A DNA stretch of 64,000 nucleotides, taken from contig OZ199839.1 in the NCBI GenBank assembly GCA_964304625.1, positions 5,584,111 through 5,648,110 on the forward strand, read 5' to 3'. This document shows positions 13,725 to 25,200 of this stretch, piece by piece. Position 1 is the first letter of the stretch, and every line of letters starts with the position of its first letter. The notes beneath the pieces were generated by a model. It was not told the origin of the DNA. It made no database searches and worked only from the letters and a program-made list of their open reading frames with translations. Made by a program: the position numbers and the translations under genes. This DNA comes from Kudoa neothunni. Taxonomy: Eukaryota > Animalia > Cnidaria.

Positions 13725-16102
13725 TACAGTCAGTGGCCGGTTTTACGCACCTTCTAAAAAGCAACACAATTTGAATAATCAAATGTACAATTGATATAGT
13801 ACATTTGTTCCATGTTTTATTAAAGAATTTTCATCCAAATAATATAATAAGGTTGGAAATTTCTAGAATATGGATCAGGTGACTGGTCGGTGTTACGCTC
13901 TTTTTCGGGACAATTTAAAAAAATGATGAATTTTGTTGAATATTCAAAGGAATTCAGTGAAATGAAAAATAAATCAAATGGAAACATAAAGTAATAGAAT
14001 AATTTCACAATATCTCCCCAAATACCGCCAAATCTGTTACTATAAAGCACCAAACATATCCTTCTCATCCAACCCCTATAGCATCTCAAAAACAAAAAGG
14101 GAATATTTAAATGATTGAAAATAAACATATTTTTGTTGTAAGTTGCGAATTTATTACAAAGATTTTAAAAATTATCCAAAATTGATAAAAAAGGATCGAT
14201 CGATCATGTCCGCGATACAGAAAGTTATGTTTCAAAATATTACGAACGAATTATTTGGGTATGGTAAATTATGTGACTCCGGGGAAACACCATCTTTCAT
14301 CTGGTTTGAGTCGTTTTTTCTTTTACGGTTATCAATAATAAATCAAAAGAATACTGAGTGTAGATATTGAGCTCAAACAAATTAATTCAAAATTTTTTCC
14401 TAATCCCTATTCGATTACAGTAGGGTACACGTGTAATCCACATCGTTTTGCAATAAACACCGAAAATATAGCTGATTATTTACTTGTTTCGTAAATTATC
14501 TAAAATTTATATGTTATATTATTTTTAATAAAAACGATATTAAATATTTCTGTAATTACTTACCACGTGAAAATCGCGGCAATGGAGCTTTCAAGTTTCA
14601 GAGGCGATGATGACTTTTTCTGTTTAATTAATGATCATGATAGGTTACTCTACAAATTAGTAACAACGGGTTACCTCGAAGCTGCTACAAAAAGATGCTT
14701 TAATTGTTGGAATTTTGAAACCTTTACATTAAAAAAGAGAAAAATAAATGTAAGGAGAACAATGACAGAAACTTCATGCTGTGGGAAAACCCACATTGAT
14801 TGTGCCTTCACTTACAGATGTAAAAATTACTTATCTTCTGCGGAATAACGATTTAAGGTAGTTAAAGTGTAAAACTAGTGTTTTCCCCTTGGAACGATAC
14901 GTTTTTCTCTGGTATAGCTTTCGTTTGTTCAACAAACAAATTAACGATAAAAAGTATGTATTATTTTATAAAATGTTATATTAAAATTTGTAAGAAAATT
15001 TGAACGAGTAAATCTTCATAAAACTGACCATACATCCAATACATCGTACAACACTTTAATTGCGCTTTAACAGCATGTCAGTTGTTGCAAAGAATGATTT
15101 TGGCGTAACATACAGATTAAAATAATAAATTATTTCATTTCAAAGCTAAATTGTACATTACAACAATAATAAAACATTATTTTATCCCAACAAATATTTT
15201 TGTCCCAAATAAATAAAATTTGTGATGTATAATATGTTCATACTTTATGTCGTATTTAAAAATTAAATAGCTAAAAATTCCATTTATTATTTGTAAAAGT
15301 TCTCCAATTTGATATCTTCAGGTAAATAAATTACGTATTGAAATATTGTTAATTAATGCCTTTCTTCAATTTTATAACCAAAAATATCAATGTAAGATTA
15401 ATATAATTATTGTTAGTTTCAATTTCGCAAGTATTTGGTGTATAAAAATTAATTCACTAATAATAGAGTACTAATAAAAATTTATAAACTAAAATTAACA
15501 ATTATAGATGTTGCTAAATGGGTTAAAAGTTAATTTGACATTTAGGAATATAGATACATGACACATTACTTCATAATATTAGACAAACTTATTTAGGTTT
15601 ACTACGCTATATTTGGTATGTAAATATTAAGACAATTTGAACAACGGTTATAGGATACCAATTAGGATAGAATAACTAAAAAATCAGCTAATTTTTCGGT
15701 GTTTATTTGAAAACGATGTGGATTACATGTGAATCCGACTGTAGTCGAATACACATTAGGCAAAAGTTTAGAAGTAATTTATTTGAGCTCGATATTTTCA
15801 CTCAATACTCTTTTGATTTATTATTGATAATCGTAAAAGAAAAAACGATTAAAACCAGATGAAAGATGGTGTTTTCCCGGAGTCACATACTTTATCATTA
15901 TCATTTTTTGTGTTCAAAATAATCAATTATCGTATCTCCAAGTAAAAGAAATTATTATTTCATAAATGTATAGAATTCAGCTAAATTAAATAGCTACGTA
16001 TATCATTTCACACGCGCGCATAAAATGCGCAAAACTGGGCGTGACCAATTTTCCACATTTTTGTGGTCCCGAGGAGATTACGTAAACCGATCACTAATTG
16101 TA
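13725..16102. mobile_element. pogo/Tc1-type non-autonomous element hosting a nested insertion
   Basis: TA-CAGTCAGTGGCCGGTTTTACG at 13725 pairs with CGTAAACCGATCACTAATTG-TA ending at 16102. The right end resembles the pogo end at ~3235-3273 (GGTCCCG..GGTATTACGTAA). Confidence 0.55.
14261..15900 (+). mobile_element. Long-TIR element with a Merlin/ISXO2-like zinc-ribbon ORF remnant
   Basis: Imperfect ~230 bp inverted arms at 14261-14490 and 15675-15900. Internal ORF 14567-14848 (LVTTGYLEAATKRCFNC...L...DCAFTYRCKN) resembles the N-terminal CxxC...WRC region of Merlin transposases. No TSD seen. Confidence 0.55.
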
Positions 16103-17160
16103 TTTGCATCAGTTATACATTATTGGATTGGTTTAAATTTAAAAACAGTCAATCATATATAATCTTTTTTAATATACAAGAGGCCTTCCACGAATTTTAA
16201 TCAAAAAATTTTCGTGCGTTTTCTTAATTAGTGAAAATTAATAATATAATAATACGATTTTTGTTCTTTGTATTTTATTTATTTGAGATAAGATTAAATT
16301 CGCCATAAATTCCATTGTTTCCTCAAAATAAATATATACTCGAGCTTAAATCATATTTCTCATTCGGTGAAAATAAAAAGTTCCCTTATCGATATTACCA
16401 TTTGAATTATGTTATTTTTATGGTCAATAAATATTGGAATAAGGCATAAAAACTGTATATTTACAATTTGATTAAAAAAATGATAAAACTACAGAATATC
16501 ATATAAAACATCATAATCTGAGCCCGGATATATCTACGAATTAACGCTATTAGAAATTCTGAAGGTAATCGCTTTAAATATTGATGGAACACGTCAGCAC
16601 ATTTTTAGAGTTAACTTCATAATATAAAAAGAAGAATATTGCTTCAGTTGCATTAAGATGGTAATCCTTCAATAAAGATTAATTTGTTAAATTATTCGCA
16701 TTAAACACATTTATTATAGGTCAAATTTGGCATCTGAATGGTATTTGTTTGGGAAAATTCATCTCCACCTATTTGCTTTTGATATTGAATAAACTTTTAG
16801 TACATTATAACAATGAGAAATATGTTTCTAATGGGTTTTGAAATTTATTATAATTAAAACGAAAATAACACTTATAATGAATTAAAAATATTTTTAAAAT
16901 AAATATTTAAAGGATTAATTCATTATAACATTATTTTCTTAATATATAATATTTATATTAACCAATATATTTTTAAATATTATTTTTAGTATTCCTGATT
17001 ATTTATGTAATAAGTAGATTTAATGTAAAACATTAAATTTTAAAAGCTTCAAACTGATATAAATTCAAGTAAAATTAAATAAATTGATTACAATATCTAC
17101 GGTTACTTCAATAATAATACAAAATAGATTAAAGTTGTTTTTATTCCGCCATAAACAAGA

Positions 17161-19080
17161 ATGATATTAAAGGGATCGGCGACACTCGAAGCTTGTAAGT
17201 TTTAACTGGCTCTGATGGTTGATTTTGAACTTATAGGTTTTTGCATTGAGTTAAATAAATAATTCTGAATACGTTTTAGAAAGTAAGAAGGAAGCTTATT
17301 CTCTCGAATTCGTCGAAACTATTCCATCCGGTTATGAATTTCCTCCCCAGGTGACTACGTATCCTTCTATAGGAAGTCGTACTTTGGAAATGGTAAAATC
17401 ATGCGAAAAATCGATCAAGGCCATAAGCTTTTACTACGAGTTGAGGAAAAAGTCGACTCAACATCAACATCAACAGCAACAGCAACAACAAGAACATCAA
17501 CAGCAACAGCAACAACAAGAACATCAACAACAGCAACAGCAACAACAAGAACATCAACAGCAACAACATCAACAGCAACAACAAGAACATCAACATCAAC
17601 AGCAACAACAAGAACATCAACATCAACAGCAACAACAAGAACATCAACATCAACAGCAACAACAAGAACATCAACATCAACAGCAACAACAAGAACATCA
17701 ACATCAACAACAGCAACAACAATGCGTCTGCAAGGAAAGTGCTGAGACCGTAATCTATGGGAACGAAATTTATGATGAACTGGTTCAAGCGGCTAAAAGG
17801 GGTCATTCTCTCTTACTAACGTTGCTAAAGTTATGACAAACATACAATAGGAGTCAAGATACAGTTGATAGCCGACGTTCCTCAAGGATGGAGGGATAAT
17901 CAAGATGTTCTGGACTTGAAGTCTCAATTCCCCGAGAACGTCGACTTCAAATTCATCGATATGTCTCATAAAACTCCCGGTTTTGTAGGCGGAATATGCC
18001 ATTCAAAAATGTGGATATTTGACGACAGTAAATTTTTCGTGGGAAGTGCAAATATTGACTGGCGCGCTTATAATGAGGTTTGTATTTGGCCTTATAAAAC
18101 TAGAGACAATGAATGTTACATCAATTATTGGTTGAAGATTTGTGCTTGATTTTAGTTTCATCTCTCTAAGTTGTTCTAAACAAAATTCATTTTTATGTTT
18201 TAGAACGTCAACACAGGATTTGTTGGAGAGAATCGCTCTGAATTGCTATCAAAATTAAACAGCATCTTTGACGAATTGTGGAATATAAACTCAGCACCCA
18301 CGTCGATAGATCAATCTGTGGAATGTGCTTCTCAAGAAGCTACTCACTCAGTAAAACAAATTGGAGACCTTCCAATTAAGGTCTCAACCAGTCCAAACAT
18401 TATCACTCAAGCCATCCAAAGTATTGATGACAAAATAGCCCTGCTAGACGTGATAGATACTGCTCAGAAGTCTCTATACATCGGTTCATACAAATATACA
18501 CACTATGGATACTTCACCACTCCGAAAAGGTATCATTTTTCAGTTATTGTAATAATATCTAATTAAGCATTGACTATACTGTCGAAAATGCAATTGCAAA
18601 TGCCGCAGCTTTGCGACAAGTTAAGGTGTTTATCATTGTTGATAAAAAATGTGTTAAAGATGAACATGTCGCTGATTCGCTCTTGAGACTGATGAAGAAT
18701 GAAGGCGTCGTTGTCGTACCTATTTGAAATTTTGTAATATTTTCATTGGTGTATTGGTTATGTAGAAAGTTTTCCATGGAAATACAGATGATGATCCAAA
18801 TCCCGAGCCATATACTAAAATATGGCACCTCAAATCAGCTTCGTCTGAAGCAAAAGTTTGGAACAGCACTAACAACATCGATCCTAGTTATTTTGTGTCC
18901 ACGGCTGGAGTCGGCATCAACCTGGATGCTACTCATTCAGCCTATTCCAAGCAAATTATGCCGCTAGTTGATGCTGTTAATGGCCACTTTATGAGGTATT
19001 GGAACTCGAAGTACACCACCATACTGAAGGATAAACACCTGGTCGAGTTACATCCTCATCTAATTTTGTCCGAAGTTTAG
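17161..19080 (+). CDS. Phospholipase D3/D4-family (5'-3' exonuclease-like) protein, multi-exon, with a Gln-rich insertion; 5' end uncertain
   Basis: FVETIP; SFYYEL; first catalytic motif GGICHSKMWIFD..FFVGSANIDWRA (HxKxxxxD); second motif PYTKIWHLKSASSE...YFVSTAGV (HxKxxxxE); C-terminal FMRYWNSKY. Introns at ~17802-17850, 18078-18203, ~18530-18568 and ~18716-18765. One apparent 1-nt deletion near 18770. Confidence 0.88.
17460..17721 (+). repeat. Coding CAA/CAG/CAT/GAA minisatellite (QQQEHQHQQ units)
   Basis: Near-perfect 27-30 nt units (caagaacatcaacatcaacagcaacaa), in frame with PLD sequence on both sides. Confidence 0.95.
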
Positions 19081-22000
19081 GACTTAATTCAGCACCATCA
19101 CCTCCACGAATTCTATATTTCTTCTACTAACTCCATACGTGAGTTTATTCGTTATCGTTCTATATGAATGTTAAAAAATTGTTTTTATGCTTATTTTTTC
19201 GAATTTTTGTTGGTATAGTTTAGAAATCGATCACATTAAAGTTTTGATGTAATATAATTTTAGATTTATTCCTTTAAAAAAATATCTCGGCTTATTTGTA
19301 TTAGTGAAACTAATTTAAAATAGGTTTCTACATTCCCAATTAAATGGAATCTTTATTCTAATTCATTATCGAAGCAATTGTATATAATAAATAAAATTTT
19401 ACATTTGAAATATAAATGATTCTATTCTACTATTATTACGCATTTTAAATCTTTACTCTCACTTTTTCAGGAGATATCCAGAAACCCTCAAGTCAAACAT
19501 CATGTTTAACTAATAATTATTCCTCGATCTCTTCCACTGGAGTCATTATCACTTATATTAATTAGTGTTTTAATGAATATAAGTCATATCATTATGATTT
19601 TTATTGATTTATTATAGTTTTAAATGTATTAAAAAAGCTATTATCCATAATTATCAAAAAATTAATATTATTTGTTAGTTTTATTCTTCCAATACTTAAT
19701 CTTAATAGAATAAATATTCACAAATCTTATTCTTTAATTTCAAGAATTATTTAATTAATCAAAGCTTTTTATTTCTTTTTTTTTAGTTGATTAATCGATA
19801 AGTTTTGTATTTTTAGATTTGTTACAGTTATTTAAGCCCAACAAAAAGTAAATTATACGAATAATATAGAACATTCCATACATCCAGAGATATATGTATA
19901 TAAAATTCATTGAGATCAAATTTAATGATTATAATTAATTTATATATATATTATTCGTTAGTTTACAAAAAAAAGACTATCATGATTGCAATATTAGTTG
20001 CTACCAAAAAATGAGACTATATGTTACAATAATATGCTTACTTGACATATGATGAGTTCGCAATGATGTATCTTAACATTGTTTTAGCCGTGTTTTTATT
20101 AATTTAGAAAGAATATTATAGCGGAATCTTCCTTTTGCTCACTATTGAACCAACACCGTTTAATCACATTGTTGATTTTATATAACTTTGAATTATTGAT
20201 AATATATATTAATCATATTTAATATCATAATAATTTTTGATTCAATTATAGGCTAAAATCAAATGGTCGTATTCGCGCACGCGTCAAATCTAAACGTTAA
20301 TACAGTTTATTTCTTAAGAAATATGTAAAAAACTTATTCTTATCGAATAATAATTACGCTACAGATTTTATTTATGTGTGAATAATAGTTAATTTTTTTG
20401 AAACATCTTATTTAATTTTTTAGTTTTAGATTTATAATTTAAATAATAAAAAAGTTATGCGACAAAATCTGGATAAAATATTTTCGAATAATAAAAAATA
20501 TGAGATTTTTCCATATTAAAGGCAATTACTCACACCCAAATAGACTCTATGATTAACCGTTTCGTTCCCAGATTTTTTGTTTGTGGTCTAAAAATAATAA
20601 AATACATACAAAATTGTTATTATTAGTAATTTAAAAAATTGAGATCCTTAAATAAACTTACCAGCCATTATCATAAAATTACAGAAAAAATGAAAATTAA
20701 AAAAATTCTGCCCGTATATGTCAGAACAACGTAAGAAATTCGGGTTGCCTTCTAAATTCAGCAAACATGTATTTCTCATCTTGTATGTAAACAATAGCTT
20801 AATATAATCATTATTCTTACATCGATAAATTTTGTTGTGCCTGGGTGCCAACTTATCATTTCCGAAACTATTCCATATCTAAAAATATTTAGTGTTGAAG
20901 CTTTTAATAAGCGGTTCAATAGATTGCTATCACACAGTAAAAAATATTTAAAGCTGAGACTTTCAAAAGACAGTACAACAGACTGAGTTTTAGTGTTCAT
21001 ACATTTACTGAGGTAGATGCATTATATAATTTGAAATAATGAGAAATAATTTATTAGTCAACACATAATAATAATTCCTGTATTACTCGTAAAATTAATT
21101 TCCAAACCTTTCAAATAAATAAATAATTAATTAATTAATACTTAAAAACTAAGATATGTTTTAACATAAATCTATTATAAAATATGTCAATATTATGCCT
21201 AAAAATAAATTACATTTTTTAAAGTGGAGTTGTTTTGCATATTTTTAATTTATTTGTAGAAAGATAAAAATTAATATAACATTTTAAAATTATTTTGGAG
21301 AAAATATTAAAATAGAGAATAGAGCGCCGTGGAGATGCAATTTTTTCTCTCGTTCATTTAAATTAACACTAGGCACGTTTTAGGTTAACTTATTACAGAT
21401 GATGTCCCTCACACTTTTGGTTTTTTTTAATTTTCTATAATTCATTTAGACAATTGATAACGCAAAAAATAAGGTTTTATTGGAGAAAATTTAAGACCGA
21501 GAAATTTCAATAATTATTAAATGCCGAAAATTGAACAACGATTCGTAATAGGTAAGCTCATTTATGTGGACGATCGCAAATAAGTTAAATTATTTAAGTT
21601 ATATCATGATTTAACAATGAAAATTAGTTTTTATTGATTATAATTAGTAATCTATCAAAAGTACGAGAAACATAACAACAAAAAATAAAAATATTTGTTG
21701 ATTAACAATATTAATTTTAAAGATCTTCTAAAAATAAATAATCAATTTTTCAAATTAATGATAAATGATAAAAAAAGTCAACAGATCAAAAAAGCTCTAA
21801 TTTCAATACATTCACTCTGGAATTTTTTATGATCAATTCTATTCAACTCGAGAAACCCATTATAATTATTATTTAATTAATATAAAGATGGAGGATATTA
21901 AGTAACGCGTTGAAATTTTTAAATTTGATTCAGTAGACTTATCGATCTGTTTCATAATTATAATATTAAAATCATTTTTAGTGTAGAATCACGTTTAAAC

Positions 22001-22299
22001 TAATTAGAAGCTCATAATTTGAGTTTTTACTTCTATGATGATTTTGCAGTAAATCTAATACTGGTTTATCTGAATAATTTTTAATTATCACTATTAGTAA
22101 TTCTTAACACGAATTAAGATTTACTTTGTAATTTTATTCAATAAAAACTATCCTTGTGCCTTTCGACTCCTTTGATTTCGAATTTAAAAGTTGTTTGAAA
22201 TTTATATATATATATATATATATGTATATACATTTCGAGTTGGAGAATAAACTTAGACGTTTACTAAATTTGATTACTTTAAGAAATCTCACGAAACTA

Positions 22300-25200
22300 A
22301 AATCTATAACAGTTTTTTTCTAAAAAAACATTTCCTTAATAATTCAACTTTTGTGGGAAAATCTTTAATCCTCATAATTCACAAGTAGTGTCTTTGGAAT
22401 TTTTTCTGTAAAAAACGAGTCCTATCACCACAAATAGTGAAGCCACGATTGGTATCATCTCATACAATCTAAAAGAGGCTATAAAACATCGTGTTACTTT
22501 CATAATTACATGTGAGTGCCAAATGTCCTTAAAAACGTTAAAATTTGAAAATTCCGACAAAAATTACGAATGACTGTTCTTTGCAACTTCAAATTTGTCT
22601 TGTCCCTTGTTATCTATTATTATGTTTATCTATATTTAATTTTTTGGATAAAAATTATACTAAATAAAATGTTACAAAATTTTTAGACATATTATTTACC
22701 CTTCTACAGAATATTTTATTTTTTGTGTTATCTCATCTATTTCAATATTGGTATACTCGCTCCCAACATTTCCCTCTTCTATTAATATATTAATTAATTA
22801 ATTAATTAATTAAGTTTTTGGATGTAATTTACTAAAACATTATTATAATAAAACAATATAATTAAAACTCTATTACCTCATTCTCTGAACCATTTTTGAG
22901 TCTTTATTATAAATATTATTCGAATAGACAAATTATAAAATTGTCAAAAAATTCATTTACATGGAATAATATGCCCTTTATAGAGTGAATAATCCTTCAC
23001 TTTCAGCTTCAATATGTAATCTTTTTCTCTTGACAACTTATTCACGTTGATACTACAGTTATTAGCTGAGCATTCTGCATCCTCATTACATCATGTAACA
23101 GTTGGTCCTGCCGCATTTTTATCTGTTTTTTCCTGCAATTAAAACGGACATCTTGAATTATCAGCTTTTCCGACCCAAGTCACTTCAACTTTCAAATCGC
23201 TATCTCCATTTAACGTAGGTGTGATAGTAACATCGGTATTTGCTAAAAAGTTTTATTAATAATAAGACTTTTTATCTAAAAAACTCGTTTGAACTTGGTA
23301 TTTCTTCTCTGCTTTTCCATCGGATGGTTCAACAAACACGTCGTATGTTTCTCCTAATGTCAAATTTATAATTTTGAACTTATTGTCACATTTGTGCTCG
23401 CACGCTCCAATTTCATCGCAAGTAGCCATATATTTTGGATCGGATTCGCCATCCTTTTTATGGTAAATTCTGCATATTGGCAATGAATCATCTGCTGAAA
23501 ATGGTGTTATGGTAGCGTTGCCACCTGTTATGATGGGAGTTAAATCATTTCCGTTTATTGCTGTTCCTCCAGCTAAATTTAATTTCGAAATATGTTGATT
23601 AAATTTACAAAAACTTGTTCGGAATATCATTTTCTTTGTATATTGATTAATTCCAAGATTATTTATCGGTACAGAAACGACGTAATTTATACCAGCTTCC
23701 AAATTAGTAATGGTGTGTGGATCTTTACAGTTGTTATTACATTCACTACTACCATTGCATCGAGCGTTTTGTTCAGTGGAAAATGTGTTTGCTCTTTATA
23801 CTTTAATAGTACATTGGGGATCTGTGCCTTCCTTAATTTCTGTATAAACGACAAGTCCATAGACAGTGACTTCCGAATTCGTAATATCTCTTAAACCGAT
23901 ACCACTAACACCTCCTATAAAACATTATTTATAAAGTCTAATCAAAATTTACTTTTAAAATATTGTTCGAATCCAATAGCATCAAATCTTCGTTTTACTA
24001 TAACACCAACTTTGTCTTTTTCTCCTATCAAATTGATAATGCCGTCTTGACAAAGTTGGAAACATTCTTTTTCCACATCATTACATCCATTCAGAATTTT
24101 ATTTTGATTAACGCCAGAACTGTCGACTTCAAATACCTTGATATAACAAATCTCATCGATATATGGACCAGGAGAGAATTTTATTTGTATTTTTGCATCA
24201 CTATCAACTTTTGAAATGGAATAAATCATCTCAGATCTTAGTGGTGTCTTATCATATAAATAACTATTATTCAAAAAATAGAATAATCCAGGCTACAACA
24301 GTGTTGAATTAATTTTGTAATAATCCATGGATCTATCAATCGAAAATATAGCAGATTTGCTTTGTATAGTGTCGGAATAAGTTTCTACTGCCAACTCATT
24401 TTTAAGATTATCATTATGTGTGTCAGTTTTTCCGTCATACTCAACATTCCACTCTGAAACAGAATTTGTTTTGTAGGAAAATCTAATTTTACCATCATCA
24501 TGAGATATTGAATAAGTGTTTTTTTGATTCAGATCTAAAACAGGATTATTTTAGTTGAATACATCTTATATTAAAGATTATTTCTAGGTCAATTATTGTT
24601 AACGTATACATAAATCAAATAAATCAAGAGGTGATATAATAATTTTTTATTACTCATTATTATTGGGAAAACTTGAACTTTTTTACAAGCTTTTTCTTCA
24701 TCATTATTTTTATCATAACAAACAGATAAATATCGATCTAATTTTGAATTTATGGATCCGACTTCAAATTCATTTTGACTGCAGTCCGTTAAGCATTCAT
24801 TTTGATTAACCATTTTGCAACTTGTTGGTTTGTTGAATTCAGGGGTTGCCGTAAAACCCGATATTTTTATGACACATTTATAACTCTCGGGAAATTTTGA
24901 CAGTGTAACAGAAAACCTCTCAGTATCTTTGGCATCAGAAGGAATAAGTTTTTGTTCAAGTTTTCCACTCCGAGAAAAAGCTATAAAAATATGTTGAACG
25001 AAAGAAATTAAATACGTTACCTGGTATTGATAGTTTAACAAGTTTCAAATTGGGTGCATATATCAACAATCTGTAGTTATACTTATTATCATATATTTTA
25101 TCATCAAACTTGATATCATTGCATTTTTTAATAATTTCGTTGTCAGTGCAACTGATGCAGGACTTTATGATTTTAGTAGGTGAAGCTACATATGATTATA

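Noticed and set aside
17460-17721. CRISPR-like array
   Set aside because: The units are contiguous with no unique spacers, the context is eukaryotic, and there are no cas genes.
17399-17806. Poly-Leu/Met and Thr/Ser/Ala-rich ORFs overlapping the PLD repeat
   Set aside because: They are alternative-frame and antisense read-outs of the CAA-rich repeat. Only the Gln frame is continuous with PLD sequence.
20648-21000. Short minus-strand ORFs in the PLD-to-surface-protein spacer
   Set aside because: Multiple stops and no recognisable motif. Probably decayed repeat sequence.
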